From assembly GCA_964016885.1 (NCBI GenBank), contig OZ024751.1, forward strand, positions 46,996,001 through 47,060,000: DNA of 64,000 nucleotides, in the 5' to 3' direction. Source of the DNA: Eledone cirrhosa (lineage: Eukaryota). Of the stretch, positions 26,671-43,486 are shown in pieces (within the stretch, counting starts at the first letter, position 1; every line of letters begins with the position of its first letter). The notes below the pieces were generated by a model. That model did not search any database and was not told the origin of the DNA. It was given only the letters and a program-made list of their open reading frames with translations. Both the position numbers and the translations under genes were made by a program.

Positions 26671-26866
26671 GTTATTCCGGGTTGAATCGGAGGTAACCAC
26701 AGTAAGTAAGGTACTCAATACATAGCAGTTTAAATATAGATGAGATTCTACAGGACTAGAACTGTTTCATTCTTTAGAAATCATCAGGAATCTGAGCCAG
26801 ATTCCTGATGATTTCTAAAGAATGAAACAGTTCTAGTCCTGTAGAATCTCATCTATATTAAAACTA
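26670..26866. mobile_element. Fold-back element (family D) with two inverted type I HHRs (26743-26793 -, 26799-26849 +)
   Basis: AGATTC-CTGATGA-TTTC TAAA GAAT-GAA ACAG TTCTAGTC CTGT A-GAATCT. The copy at 45805-45853 (-) has compensatory stem I GCTTC/GAAGC; a truncated copy lies at 10523-10627. Confidence 0.85.
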
Positions 26867-26889
26867 TATATATATATATATAATTGTAT

Positions 26890-27028
26890 AATTGTTTCTA
26901 TTTTAGGAACAAGGCCACCAATTTGAAGGGGATTGAAAAGTCGATAGAATCCAACCCAGTACATTACTGGTACTTTATTTTATCGACCCTGTAAGGATGA
27001 AAGGCAAAGTTAGCCTCGGAGGAATTTG
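26890..27028 (-). mobile_element. tRNA-derived SINE, 3' part
   Basis: Homology to the window's SINE consensus. Confidence 0.8.
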
Positions 27029-27106
27029 TCTTTCCCTTGGACAACATAACACTTAATCTGTATATATTGTATATATATTATATATATTACCTATAGTGTG
27101 TATCTA

Positions 27107-27761
<655 letters not shown>

Positions 27762-27863
27762 ATGATGAAAAAGGGCTTGCTGTGTTGTTGCAAATGTGAT
27801 ATACAAATTAAAATGAAGAATTGGAAATAGAAGCCAGGACTATCCATCATCAGTGGTCTACTA

Positions 27864-27872
<9 letters not shown>
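27762..27872 (-). mobile_element. 3' fragment of permuted-HHR subfamily 3
   Basis: Minus strand ATGATGGCTAGTAGACCACTGATGATGGATAGTCCTGGCTTC matches 48580-48620. Confidence 0.75.
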
Positions 27873-27898
<26 letters not shown>

Positions 27899-28215
27899 CG
27901 CAAATAAAGTGATGGAAAAGTAATTTTAAAATAATTTCAATGTCTTACATCCTTACAAATATCATAAACATATTGAACTAATTCTGAAACTGTTTGTCAA
28001 TTATATATTATCATATGTAATTCTCAACATACAAATTAAGTTATATTTAGTCTCGACTCGCCTAGCAACCAGCTAACACAAACAAAAGGCTTCGTTCTGG
28101 AGAAACTTCTGGACTGACGAATCATCGGCCTAGGTTGTGTTGGATGAAGATGAATATTAGTACATCGTGGTAGATATTAGTAGATTATGAATAACATCAG
28201 TGTAATATGGTCGTG

Positions 28216-28393
28216 GCATGTATCGGTAGAGAGTCGGACGCCATGCTTTCCAGCATAGTTACGTCCCTTAACGATCTGAGTTCAAATCCCGCCGAGGTTG
28301 ACTTTGCCTTTTATCCTTACGGGGTCGATAAAATAAAGTACCAGTAATTATACTGGGTAATTTCTGGCCTTGTGCCAAAAAGTAGAATCAATT
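28216..28393 (+). mobile_element. tRNA-derived SINE
   Basis: Homology to the window's SINE consensus; B box GAGTTCAAATCC. Confidence 0.85.
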
Positions 28394-28914
28394 ATAAGAT
28401 TTTTTAACTCAACTCCATTTTTTTGTCGTCGGTACGTAGATATGTATATTTCGGACATTAGACCTTCATTAGAAGAAATAAAAGATGATATATATATATA
28501 TATATATGGTGGCTGCCAACTCGTTTTCGAGTACGGCCACTACTTTATATCCATGTAGGAGAACCCTTACCAATGCGCTGAACGAGTGTGACTTTTTAGT
28601 CCAGCCAGCGACTTGAAAACTCTGGTACAAACACTACACTTGTGACAATTACTGACACATAGTGCTGGGCCCATGGTACCATGTGATGACAAGTGCAGAG
28701 AGATCTCCAGATATAAAGCAATGCCTGTGCCATGAAGCTTTTATAGTGAGCAAAGGCACTGCACAAAGCCAGTCCCACTCTTTTAACCAAGATGATATTT
28801 ACCAAAAAGAAGAACAAGTCAACATAATTGGATACCATCAGGGTTGCAGGTGTTATATCAGAGTTTTCCTTCTCCTAGAATTCTGCCTTGACAAAGGATA
28901 TATATATATATATA

Positions 28915-29410
28915 TATTGTTATACTTTGGGAGGGTCATGTTGCCAATAAGAAACACACGCACCAGTTGCTTTCACTTCAATTTATTATATATTTATAAA
29001 TTTATAAATTTACAAATTTACAAATTTACAAACTTATAAATTTCTGGTTGGTTGGTTGGTTCCACAACCAGATAGTTGTTTATATGGCGTAGGATAGAAG
29101 AAAGGAAAGGCACAGAAACGAAGAAAGGAATCCCCAGTCACTGAAGAGGTCACAGAGTGTGTGACGAAAGGACTATGACTATATATATAAACAACTATCT
29201 GGTTGTGGAACCAACCAACCAACCAGAAATTTATAAGTTTGTAAATTTGTAAATTTGTAAATTTATAAATTTATAAATATATAATAAATTGAAGTGAAAG
29301 CAACTGGTGCGTGTGTTTCTTATTGGCAACATGACCCTCCCAAAGTATAACAATATCGGTTTCAACACACGATTTCAGATAAAGAATCTTGCTAAACAAA
29401 TTCAGAAACG

Positions 29411-29412
<2 letters not shown>
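28915..29412. mobile_element. Fold-back element with ~170-bp arms enclosing an HHR
   Basis: Arms 28915-29085 / 29186-29357; related to 34718-35095 and 43872-44313 through the shared ATGACCCTCCC and ACACACGATTTCA.AT tail. Confidence 0.85.
29136..29180 (+). ncRNA. Type I hammerhead ribozyme
   Basis: AGTCA-CTGAAGA-G GTCACA GAGTG TGTGAC-GAAAG GA CTA-TGACT. Confidence 0.8.
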
Positions 29413-29489
<77 letters not shown>

Positions 29490-29569
29490 TATGTGTGTAT
29501 GTATATATATGCATGTATGTATGCATGTATGTATGTATTTATAAGCTTTTTTATATATATATAGTTTAA

Positions 29570-29740
29570 TAAATGCACAGAGAACAAAAAACAGAGAGGC
29601 AGTACAAATGATATTGTATTTAGTTTCAGGTTTGAGAGTGGGGGTTGGGGTTGACGTTTCGGGCATAAGCCCTTCATCAGGAGAACATTGGGTAGGAAGA
29701 GAGTTCCGAGGGTGTGTGGGGCAAGTGGTGGAAAGACATT
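29570..29740 (-). mobile_element. Family E element with minimal HHR-like core (29653-29680)
   Basis: CTGATGA-AGGGC TTAT GCCC-GAAACGTC. Confidence 0.6.
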
Positions 29741-29773
29741 TATATATATATATGTGTGTGTGTGTGCGCGTGC

Positions 29774-29814
<41 letters not shown>

Positions 29815-29831
29815 TGTGTATTTGTGTGTGT

Positions 29832-29930
<99 letters not shown>

Positions 29931-30079
29931 GGCAATTCCGAAAGAAAAGCAAAGGAAAAAAGAGTGCTCTATGTATAGAACAGAGCTATCTAATTAGAAA
30001 GTGAACAACATAAAATATAAATATAAATATATAAATGGTAATGGAGTAGTTATATTTTGTGTTGTTCACTTTCTAATTT

Positions 30080-30210
<131 letters not shown>

Positions 30211-30454
30211 AGCAGGTTTTGTTTATAACAGCGAGCTAAGTTTGAACCTAGTAATATGTGCTTACGACTTATTCGATAAAATAAAATTACTTTGTTAGCT
30301 GAGATATAAAAAAAACCTCTGAATGGAAAAAAGGATGAGTATTGACGTATTTCAGACACGAATCCACATCTTCGGTTTACCGGACCAATGTGTTACCATT
30401 GACTAAAACTAGCTGTTGAAACGGCAAGAGCTCAGCTTCAGGTCCCGACTCTTC

Positions 30455-30523
<69 letters not shown>

Positions 30524-30761
30524 CGGGAGTCCAGGTCTGGTTATCATTTATTTTGTTTTGACCTGTTTAGCTTGATTTGGTTTTTGGCATGGGTGGTTAA
30601 TGCCTTCTTGACCACCTTTTCAGTTTTGTATGGTTTCTTAACACATTGTTTAGCTCTGGTTTTTAACTATTGAGCACTTTGCCAGTATCATTTCTGATTT
30701 TTGCGTTTCGCTTCGCTTTTCCTGCCCGCCGAAAATGCGATTCTCGCTGAATCTTTATTTG

Positions 30762-31181
<420 letters not shown>

Positions 31182-31210
31182 TCTCTCTCTATATATATAT
31201 ATATAAATGA

Positions 31211-31401
31211 AGGGCGGTGGATTGCCAGTATCGGTAGAGGGTCGGACGCCATGCTTTGACGCATAGAGTTACGGCCCTTGCCATTCTGAGTTCAAATCCC
31301 GCCGAGGTTAACTTTGCCTTCCATCCTTACGGGGTCGATAAAATAAAGTACATGTAATGCACTAGGGTAATTGCTGGCCTTGTGCCAAAAGTAGAAACAA
31401 T

Positions 31402-31403
<2 letters not shown>
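31211..31403 (+). mobile_element. tRNA-derived SINE, full length
   Basis: A-box-like and B-box motifs, central domain and 3' tail match the other copies. Confidence 0.9.
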
Positions 31404-31475
<72 letters not shown>

Positions 31476-32492
31476 GTTGTGTCAAAGCACACATATGCTT
31501 ATATTTAAACATACTTCGTACTACTGGTGATAGTGGTGGGGGTGGAGTGGAGGTGATGATCGTGTTATTTTGAATATATCTTGTGTCAGACATGATAGAG
31601 GGCGCTAAATGATAATAGGGGTTCGAAGGTGTTTGGAAAAAACAGCAAATCTGTTAGTTATCGGTATAATAACGTGTGTATATGGTGGTGCTGGGGAAAG
31701 GGGGGGATTACTGCGATGGCGGTGTTGATGATGGTGGTGGTAGTGGTGGTGGTGGCGGTGATGTTGATGTTGATTGCGGTGGTGGTGGTGGTGGCGGTGA
31801 TGTTGATTGTGGTGGTGGTGGTGGTGGTGGTGGCAACTGTGGTGGTGGTGGTGGTGCTGCTGATGACTGGTGGTGGTGGTGGTGGTGGTGGTGACTGTAG
31901 TGGTGGTGGTGACTGTGGTGGCGGTGGTATTAATGGTAGTGGAGATGGTGGTGGTGGTGGTGGTGGTGGTGATGGTGTTGACGGGGCGGGAGGGTTCGGT
32001 TACTATTATAATAATTATTATTGTACTGAAGTCGATTTAATAGACTTTCCTTCCTCCCCACATATTGCTGGCCTTGTGCCTAAATTAGAAGCCATTAATA
32101 TAATCAATGTTATTGTTATTACTGTTAGTGTTGTTGTTGTTGTTGCTGTTGTTGTTGTTGGCACGGTGTGTGACAGTCCTTACTTCTGGAACTTAACGTG
32201 ATTTACGACAATTAACGCTGATAAATTAAAATTTTTAAAATAACAATACCAATAAATTAATTTAAACTAACAATATAAAAAAGCTTATAAATACATACAT
32301 ACATGCATGCATACATGCATATATATATACATACACACATATATATGTGTATATATGTATATATATATATGGGAAAGTAAAAAACAACAACACAGGAGTA
32401 CATATATATATATATACATTTTTAAGAAAATATATATACAGTATATATATAAACATACATATATATATATACATATACATACATATATATAT

Positions 32493-32561
<69 letters not shown>

Positions 32562-33049
32562 CACACGTTTATACATGTTGTTGGGGTGGAGGTTGTTGAT
32601 AAATAAATTAAAAAACTAAAATCAATTGAGGGGTGTTTTCACTGCAAGATGGAGGTAGAAACTAGAGTCGTTTCTTCACCTACTGTCATCCTTTCGTTGG
32701 TCACATTGAGAAATTGGAAAAATGGCCCCTATCTATTGTTACTTTCAAACAGGGCCTCCTCCTCCTCCTCCACTTCCCCCTCATCTCCCCCTCCTCCTCC
32801 TCCACATCCACATCCACTTCCCCCCCTCATCTCCTCCACCTCCATCTCCTCCACATCCATTTCCCTCTCATCACCTCCCCCTCCACCTTCTCCTCCTCCA
32901 CCTCCTCCTCCACCTCCTCCTCCACCTCCTCCTCCCCTACATCCACTTCCCCATCATCTCCTCCTCCCCTTCTCCCTCCTCTTCCTCCTCCTCTCTCACT
33001 TACAGCCGATTTTATTGAATTTTATTTTCATTATGATAATAAGTAATGG

Positions 33050-33232
33050 TTCATGATTAAGGCACAAGGCCAGCAATTTGTGGAGAGGAGGGATGGAGGG
33101 GGAGGGGGAGGAGGGAGGAGGGGGAAGTCGATTATAATCGACATCAACCCTAATACATAACTGGTACTTTATTTTATCGACCTCGGCAGGATTTGAACTC
33201 AGAACGTAGAAACTTGTAAATAAATACCGCAA
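33050..33232 (-). mobile_element. SINE, diverged
   Basis: GGCACAAGGCCAGCAATT...CTGGTACTTTATTTTATCGAC...GGATTTGAACTCAGAAC. Confidence 0.75.
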
Positions 33233-33937
33233 ATCATTTTGTATATAACAACAACAACAACGACAACAGTAATAAGGAAGATGATGATGGTGATGATGGT
33301 GATGATGATGGTGATGATGGTGATGATGATGGTGGTGGTGATAACGATGATGGTGATGATGATGTTGGTGATGATGGTGGTGGTGATGGTGATGATGACG
33401 ATGATGATGATGATGGTGGTGATGGTGATGATGACGATGATGATGATGGTGGTGGTGATGGTGATGATGGTGATGATGATGGTGGTGGTGATGACGATGA
33501 TGATGATGGTGATGATGGTGATGACGATGATGATGATGATGATAATTCGGAGGAATGCTGTTTGTAAATTTTTTTTTTCTTTTGCTTTGTTTTTTGGGGT
33601 TTTTTTTTTATTGGTTTTGTTGTTTTTGTACTTTCTCTCATTAAACTTTTAGTGTTTTCGTTTCATTTCATTTCACGTGACATGGAAGGTGAGAAACGGG
33701 TGGAATAAGTAAATAAATAGTCATTAAAAGTGAACAAGGGGCAGATCAGGATATTAAGGGGTCGTCTGCCGTTAGGTACCATATCCCCCCCCCCACACAC
33801 ACACACACACACACCCTCACCACCACAAAATACATCTAAAATAGAAATAAAAAAGAGAAAGACGAGATGAAAATATATATCCACTTAAAAATATTAGGAG
33901 AAACAGAAAGATATACAAAACAATATATATATGTATG

Positions 33938-33980
<43 letters not shown>

Positions 33981-34014
33981 GAAAGGCCACCATATTATTA
34001 TTATATAAATTGAA

Positions 34015-34145
34015 TTTATACACGTGCCAAGACACGTGATCTGGCCCACACGAATTCGTACGTATGCAGACAGGAGCCATTTTCACTTCGAACCACTGGC
34101 TAACAAGTGCTAACACCGACCAAATATACGCCCACACACGTTCGC
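34015..34145. promoter_or_regulatory. Candidate enhancer island with paired CACGTG sites
   Basis: TGGCACGTGTA on the minus strand (34019-34029), CACGTG at 34033, YY1-like GCCATTTT at 34076. Confidence 0.4.
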
Positions 34146-34717
34146 TTTTCCTCCATCAAACACCCGTAGACATAGCTCATCCCCCCCTCTCTCTCTTTCT
34201 CTCTATCTCTATCTCTCTATCTCATATAGACACACATACATATAGGTATATATATATATATATATAACAAAAATGTAATTATTATTAAAAGAATATTATG
34301 GTCTAAGCGATATACACAGACACCCAAACGCACATACATACACAGCAACACATATACATACTCACCAACGCACATACATGCACACCAATGTACATATATA
34401 CACACCAACACACATACATACACACCAACGCACATACATGCACACCAACGTACATATATACACACCAACACACATACACACCAACGTACATACATTTACA
34501 CCAACACACCTACGTACACATCAACATACATTTTCAATTAAATAGTTTGTCATAGAGTACAAAATACCCTTATTATCTCTGTAATCGATCTTTATCTATC
34601 TATTGCCTTTTAATTAACTACCTATCAAACTACGCAGCTCTACACACACACACACGCGCACACGCACACACACACACACACACTCACACACACACAAACA
34701 TATATATATATACATAT

Positions 34718-35095
34718 TTGTTTTGCAAGGTTTTTGATATGAAATCGTGTGTCGAAACAAATATTGTTATATTTGGGGAGGGTCATATTGTTATAATATT
34801 GCCAGAAATAATAACATAACACACTCACTGTTTGGTTTGGGAGGAAACATAATAGTACCACCGATGATGTCACAGATGTGTGACGAAATAACTTTTATAG
34901 ACTATATATATATATATTTATATCTGTATTTTTAACCGTTGGTCAATCAATAATAAACATTGATTGCCAGATAAATTAACTGTGGAGATATAAAAGATAC
35001 AGAAGCGAAAACCAACTCAAATCAAACAGTGAGTGTGTTCTGTTATTATTTCTGGCAATATTATAACAATATGACCTTCCCCAAATATAACAATA
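34718..35095. mobile_element. Fold-back element with variant HHR core CCGATGA (34852-34905)
   Basis: CCGATGA-T GTCACA GATG TGTGAC-GAAA; inverted arms at about 34760-34840 / 35020-35095. Confidence 0.7.
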
Positions 35096-35778
35096 TATAT
35101 ACATATATATATATTAATGGGTGTGTGCGCATGTGTTAAGGTGAAATGATAGAGTCAATAGAAGATCATATAAAATGCTTTGCGGTATTCATTTCGATTC
35201 TCTGTTCTCTGAATTCAAGTCTCAACGAGGAAAACATTATTTTTCGTCAATAAATATAATACCAGTATTGTACTGAGGTCTGTTTATATCTCCTTCTCCC
35301 TCCCTCCTCTCTTTTCTCACCTGCTCACACTATTTCTCTCTCTTCGTGTCTTTTCAGAAGAAATCGCCTGTGCTCAATTGGTTAAGGTTAAGGTTAATTT
35401 TAGAACGTGCCAAGTTTAACTAATCTGAGACACTCCAAAATGATGTATAGTACATTATTAATGAATGAAATAGTTATGTATGAATTAATTAATACCTGCT
35501 GCCAGCGCATGCATTATTGTTCAGATTAGATAAGCATTTGAGAGACGTTGGCATGGCTGTGTAGATTCAGGTTCAAAAAGACTACAAACTAATCATATTT
35601 CTCCTAATTGTTTCTATCCCCGAAGAAACAAACCCTGTAGTATTTCCACTGTCTCTACTTTTTTCCAGACGTGGCTAATATTGTATATTTATTACAAGAC
35701 GTATACCTCTGATTTCAAACAAACACATAAGTATGTATATATATCTTTCTCCCTCTCTCTCTTTCTTTCTCTCTCTCC

Positions 35779-35836
<58 letters not shown>

Positions 35837-36029
35837 AGATTCAGGACCCCGACGGCTGAACTCCGGCCGTTTCGACACTATCTGATATATAGAAATGCGC
35901 AACCGGTAAAAACTTAAAAACTTAAAACCACAACTGAATACTAACTCATACAATCACTAATACTCTTTTATTCCTAATTAAAACATTTTTCAACTGTGAA
36001 CAATTTGTCAGCATTTTCTATTCCGTTTA

Positions 36030-36156
<127 letters not shown>

Positions 36157-36312
36157 CGAAGGAAGTGTGGTAAGGAACCAGATGGACCATAACGCACCAG
36201 AGTACTCAATACTTAGGGTAGTAGAGTGGGTAATAGAAAAAATCTCTGATTTTTCCTATATATATGTGTGTGTGTGTTGTAGAACCTTACATACTTTCAA
36301 TATACATATGAA

Positions 36313-36380
<68 letters not shown>

Positions 36381-37074
36381 CACACGATCCATCATAACAG
36401 TATATATACAACAACAAAAACAACAACATCACAGCAGCAAGATTAACAACAACAACAACAACAACAACAATTTAACAAGAAATTAGTATAACCCATTAAA
36501 ATTATTATAAATTATTATAAATTATAATAAATTATTATAATTTATTATAAATTATTATAAATTATAATAATTTATTATAATTTATTATAAATTATTATAA
36601 ATTATTATAAATTATTATAAATCTAAGCGAGAAGTTTGATGAAGAAAAAATATATTTCCGTCAATTTATAAAATATATAAAAATAACGATAAAGAGCGAT
36701 AACAACTACGGGAGTAATAATAATAATGATGATGATAATAATTATAATACTACTACTAATAATAATAATAACATTAATAATATTAATGATATTGATAATA
36801 ACGAAAGTAAAACGAATAATTTGGTTTTTCATCGTGTGTGCCTTAGAGAGAGTTTTAGCATGCGGGTAGGTCCAGTACCACCCATGGGTTTCAACCATTT
36901 GGAGATTTTAAACCCCTTTCATTTCAATTTAAGATATGCCTCTCATTGCTACCCTCTTTCTACCCTTATATTGCTATCAGCTGCTAGATATCCCAAGAGA
37001 GCAACCTGATATGTCTATTTGTGCAGGTGTGTATATGTTTATATACCCACACAGACATATGTGTATATACGTGC

Positions 37075-37106
<32 letters not shown>

Positions 37107-37122
37107 ATATATATATATATAC

Positions 37123-37192
<70 letters not shown>

Positions 37193-37208
37193 GTATATAT
37201 ATATATAC

Positions 37209-37248
<40 letters not shown>

Positions 37249-37332
37249 GTGCATATATATATATATATATATATACGTGCATATATATATATATATATAT
37301 ATAAATATATGCATGTATATATATATATATAC

Positions 37333-37374
<42 letters not shown>

Positions 37375-37432
37375 GTGCATATATATATATACATATATAT
37401 ATAAATATATGCATGTATATATATATATATAC

Positions 37433-37470
<38 letters not shown>

Positions 37471-37579
37471 GTGGACGCACATAGAGTCACACACACATAT
37501 GTGTACATATTTATGCATATATACGGAAGGCAAATGATAACAATGGTAATTATGATTAGTTGAAGATGCAGGTCATTTA

Positions 37580-37581
37580 AT

Positions 37582-37633
<52 letters not shown>

Positions 37634-37670
37634 GGTGGTGGTGGTGGTGGTGGTGGTGGTGGTGGTGGTG

Positions 37671-37723
<53 letters not shown>

Positions 37724-37727
37724 GGTG

Positions 37728-37775
<48 letters not shown>

Positions 37776-37861
37776 ACATAATTAGTAGTAGTAGTAGTAG
37801 TAGTAGTAACAGCACTACATCTACTACTACTACTAGTAGTAGTAGTAGTAGTAGTAGTAGC

Positions 37862-37901
<40 letters not shown>

Positions 37902-37920
37902 ATAGTAGTAGTAACAGAAC

Positions 37921-37962
<42 letters not shown>

Positions 37963-37983
37963 AAGTAGTAGTAGTAACAGAAC

Positions 37984-38042
<59 letters not shown>

Positions 38043-38063
38043 ACAGAACTAGTAGTAGTAGTA

Positions 38064-38105
<42 letters not shown>

Positions 38106-38125
38106 GTAGTAGTAGAAGTAGTAGT
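37580..38125 (+). repeat. (TAG)n/(TGG)n microsatellite
   Basis: Directly visible. Confidence 0.95.
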
Positions 38126-38159
38126 GAATATTTAATTAATCGGACATAAATATATACGA

Positions 38160-38350
38160 AGGGTGATGGATTGGCAGTGTCGGTAGAGGGTCGGACGCCA
38201 TGCTTTGACGCATAGAGTTACGGCCCTTGCCATTCTGAGTTCAAATCCCGCCGAGGTTAACTTTGCCTTTCATCCTTACGGGGTCGATAAAATAAAGTAC
38301 CAGTAATACACTGGGTATTTGCTGGCCTTGTGCCAAAAGTAGAAACAGTT
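38160..38350 (+). mobile_element. tRNA-derived SINE, full length
   Basis: Near-identical to 31211-31403. Confidence 0.9.
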
Positions 38351-38452
38351 ATATATAAATATATACAAGTATATATATATATATATATATATATAGGAAA
38401 ATGTATGACCCCGACGGCAGAGCTCAAGCCGTTTCGACGGCTATTTCTGGAC

Positions 38453-38487
<35 letters not shown>

Positions 38488-38511
38488 ATACCGTATATAC
38501 TCTCTGGTCAT

Positions 38512-41500
38512 CCACACTACTGACCTAGGGCTAAACAACAATACCAGCCACATGATCAAAGCGACACTACTGACCTAGGGCTAAACAACAATACCAGCCA
38601 CATGATCACAGCCACACGACTGGCCTAGGGCTAAACAACACTTGCAGCCACATGATCAAAGCGACACTACTGGCCTAGGGCTAAACAACAATACCAGCCA
38701 CATGATCACAGCCACACGACTGGCCTAGGGCTAAACAACACTTGCAGCCACATGATCAAAGCGACACTACTGACCTAGGGCTAAACAACAATACCAGCCA
38801 CATGATCAAAGCGACACTACTGACCTAGGGCTAAACAACAATACCAGCCACATGATCAAAGCCACACTACTGACCTAGGGCTAAACAACAATACCAGCCA
38901 CATGATCAAAGCGACACTACTGACCTAGGGCTAAACAACAATACCAGCCACATGATCACAGCCACACGACTGGCCTAGGGCTAAACAACACTTGCAGCCA
39001 CATGATCAAAGCGACACTACTGGCCTAGGGCTAAACAACAATACCAGCCACATGATCACAGCCACACGACTGGCCTAGGGCTAAACAACACTTGCAGCCA
39101 CATGATCAAAGCGACACTACTGACCTAGGGCTAAACAACAATACCAGCCACATGATCAAAGCGACACTACTGACCTAGGGCTAAACAACAATACCAGCCA
39201 CATGATCAAAGCCACACTACTGACCTAGGGCTAAACAACAATACCAGCCACATGATCAAAGCGACACTACTGACCTAGGGCTAAACAACACTTGCAGCCA
39301 CATGATCAAAGCGACACTACTGACCTAGGGCTAAACAACAATACCAGCCACATGATCAAAGCGACACTACTGACCTAGGGCTAAACAACACTTGCAGCCA
39401 CATGATCAAAGCGACACTACTGACCTAGGGCTAAACAACAATACCAGCCACATGATCAAAGCCACACTACTGACCTAGGGCTAAACAACAATACCAGCCA
39501 CATGATCAAAGCGACACTACTGACCTAGGGCTAAACAACAATACCAGCCACATGATCACAGCCACACGACTGGCCTAGGGCTAAACAACACTTGCAGCCA
39601 CATGATCAAAGCGACACTACTGGCCTAGGGCTAAACAACAATACCAGCCACATGATCACAGCCACACGACTGGCCTAGGGCTAAACAACACTTGCAGCCA
39701 CATGATCAAAGCGACACTACTGACCTAGGGCTAAACAACAATACCAGCCACATGATCAAAGCGACACTACTGACCTAGGGCTAAACAACAATACCAGCCA
39801 CATGATCAAAGCCACACTACTGACCTAGGGCTAAACAACAATACCAGCCACATGATCAAAGCGACACTACTGACCTAGGGCTAAACAACACTTGCAGCCA
39901 CATGATCAAAGCGACACTACTGACCTAGGGCTAAACAACAATACCAGCCACATGATCAAAGCGACACTACTGACCTAGGGCTAAACAACACTTGCAGCCA
40001 CATGATCAAAGCGACACTACTGACCTAGGGCTAAACAACAATACCAGCCACATGATCAAAGCCACACTACTGACCTAGGGCTAAACAACAATACCAGCCA
40101 CATGATCAAAGCGACACTACTGACCTAGGGCTAAACAACAATACCAGCCACATGATCACAGCCACACGACTGGCCTAGGGCTAAACAACACTTGCAGCCA
40201 CATGATCAAAGCGACACTACTGACCTAGGGCTAAACAACAATACCAGCCACATGATCAAAGCGACACTACTGACCTAGGGCTAAACAACAATACCAGCCA
40301 CATGATCAAAGCCACACTACTGACCTAGGGCTAAACAACAATACCAGCCACATGATCAAAGCGACACTACTGACCTAGGGCTAAACAACAATGCCAGCCA
40401 CATGATCAAAGCGACACTACTGACCTAGGGCTAAACAACAATACCAGCCACATGATCAAAGCGACACTACTGACCTAGGGCTAAACAACAATACCAGCCA
40501 CATGATCAAAGCCACACTACTGACCTAGGGCTAAACAACAATACCAGCCACATGATCACAACCACACTACTGACCTAGGGCTAAACAACAATAGCAGCCA
40601 CATGATCAAAGCGACACTACTGACCTAGGGCTAAACAACAATAGCAGCCACATGATCAAAGCCACACTACTGACCTAGGGCTAAACAACAATACCAGCCA
40701 CATGATCAAAGCCACACTACTGACCTAGGGCTAAACAACAATACCAGCCACATGATCAAAGACACACTACTGACCTAGGGCTAAACAACAATACCAGCCA
40801 CATGATCAAAGACACACTACTGACCTAGGGCTAAACAACAATACCAGCCACATGATCAAAGCCACACTACTGACCTAGGGCTAAACAACAATACCAGCCA
40901 CATGATCACAGCCACACTACTGACCTAGGGCTAAACAACAATACCAGCCACATGATCAAAGACACACTACTGACCTAGGGCTAAACAACAATACCAGCCA
41001 CATGATCAAAGCCACACTACTGACCTAGGGCTAAACAACAATACCAGCCACATGATCAAAGCCACACTACTGACCTAGGGCTAAACAACAATACCAGCCA
41101 CATGATCAAAGCGACACTACTGACCTAGGGCTAAACAACAATACCAGCCACATGATCAAAGACACACTATTGACCTAGGGCTAAACAACAATAGCAGCCA
41201 CATGATCAAAGACACACTACTGACCTAGGGCTAAACAACAATACCAGCCACATGATCACAGCCACACTACTGACCTAGGGCTAAACAACAATACCAGCCA
41301 CATGATCAAAGCGACACTACTGACCTAGGGCTAAACAACAATACCAGCCACATGATCAAAGACACACTATTGACCTAGGGCTAAACAACAATAGCAGCCA
41401 CATGATCAAAGACACACTACTGACCTAGGGCTAAACAACAATACCAGCCACATGATCACAGCCACACTACTGACCTAGGGCTAAACAACAATACCAGCCA

Positions 41501-43486
41501 CATGATCAAAGACACACTACTGACCTAGGGCTAAACAACAATACCAGCCACATGATCACAGCCACACTACTGACCTAGGGCTAAACAACAATACCAGCCA
41601 CATGATCAAAGACACACTACTGACCTAGGGCTAAACAACAATACCAGCCACATGATCACAGCCACACTACTGACCTAGGGCTAAACAACAATACCAGCCA
41701 CATGATCACAGCCACACTACTGACCTAGGGCTAAACAACAATACCAGCCACATGATCAAAGCGACACTACTGACCTAGGGCTAAACAACAATACCAGCCA
41801 CATGATCACAGCCACACTACTGACCTAGGGCTAAACAACAATAGCAGCCACATGATCAAAGCCACACTACTGACCTAGGGCTAAACAACAATACCAGCCA
41901 CATGATCAAAGCCACACTACTGACCTAGGGCTAAACAACAATACCAGCCACATGATCAAAGCCACACTACTGACCTAGGGCTAAACAACAATACCAGCCA
42001 CATGATCAAAGCCACACTACTGACCTAGGGCTAAACAACAATACCAGCCACATGATCAAAGACACACTACTGACCTAGGGCTAAACAACAATAGCAGCCA
42101 CATGATCAAAGCCACACTACTGACCTAGGGCTAAACAACAATACCAGCCACATGATCACAGCCACACTACTGACCTAGGGCTAAACAACAATAGCAGCCA
42201 CATGATCAAAGCCACACTACTGACCTAGGGCTAAACAACAATAGCAGCCACATGATCACAGCCACACTACTGACCTAGGGCTAAACAACAATAGCAGCCA
42301 CATGATCAAAGCCACACTACTGACCTAGGGCTAAACAACAATACCAGCCACATGATCAAAGCCACACTACTGACCTAGGGCTAAACAACAATACCAGCCA
42401 CATGATCAAAGCCACACTACTGACCTAGGGCTAAACAACAATACCAGCCACATGATCAAAGACACACTACTGACCTAGGGCTAAACAACAATAGCAGCCA
42501 CATGATCAAAGCCACACTACTGACCTAGGGCTAAACAACAATACCAGCCACATGATCACAGCCACACTACTGACCTAGGGCTAAACAACAATACCAGCCA
42601 CATGATCAAAGCGACACTACTGACCTAGGGCTAAACAACAATACCAGCCACATGATCAAAGCCACACTACTGACCTAGGGCTAAACAACAATACCAGCCA
42701 CATGATCAAAGCCACACTACTGACCTAGGGCTAAACAACAATACCAGCCACATGATCAAAGCCACACTACTGACCTAGGGCTAAACAACAATAGCAGCCA
42801 CATGATCAAAGCCACACTACTGACCTAGGGCTAAACAACAATAGCAGCCACATGATCACAGCCACACTACTGACCTAGGGCTAAACAACAATACCAGCCA
42901 CATGATCAAAGCCACACTACTGACCTAGGGCTAAACAACAATACCAGCCACATGATCAAAGCCACACTACTGACCTAGGGCTAAACAACAATACCAGCCA
43001 CATGATCAAAGACACACTACTGACCTAGGGCTAAACAACAATAGCAGCCACATGATCAAAGCCACACTACTGACCTAGGGCTAAACAACAATACCAGCCA
43101 CATGATCACAGCCACACTACTGACCTAGGGCTAAACAACAATAGCAGCCACATGATCAAAGCCACACTACTGACCTAGGGCTAAACAACAATAGCAGCCA
43201 CATGATCACAGCCACACTACTGACCTAGGGCTAAACAACAATACCAGCCACATGATTACAGCCACACGACTGACCTAGGGCTAAACAACAATAGCAGCCA
43301 CATGATCACAGCCACACGACTGGCCTAGGGCTAAACAACACTTGCAGCCACATGATCAAAGCGACACTACTGACCTAGGGCTAAACAACAATACCAGCCA
43401 CATGATCACAGCCACACTACTGACCTAGGGCTAAACAACAATAGCAGCCACATGATTACAGCCACACGACTGACCTAGGGCTAAAC
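38512..43486 (+). repeat. 50-bp tandem satellite, about 99 units
   Basis: Unit CTACTGACCTAGGGCTAAACAACAATACCAGCCACATGATCAAAGC(G/C)ACA; register is constant throughout; one inverted unit follows at 43488-43547. Confidence 0.98.

Noticed and set aside
28510-28900. Possible coding exon or RTE-like LINE fragment
   Set aside because: No recognisable protein motif; only a weak resemblance at one end.
31211-31300. tRNA genes at the A/B-box motifs
   Set aside because: No cloverleaf; always fused to the SINE body.
38512-43486. Possible CRISPR array
   Set aside because: Pure tandem units without unique spacers, no cas genes, eukaryotic context.
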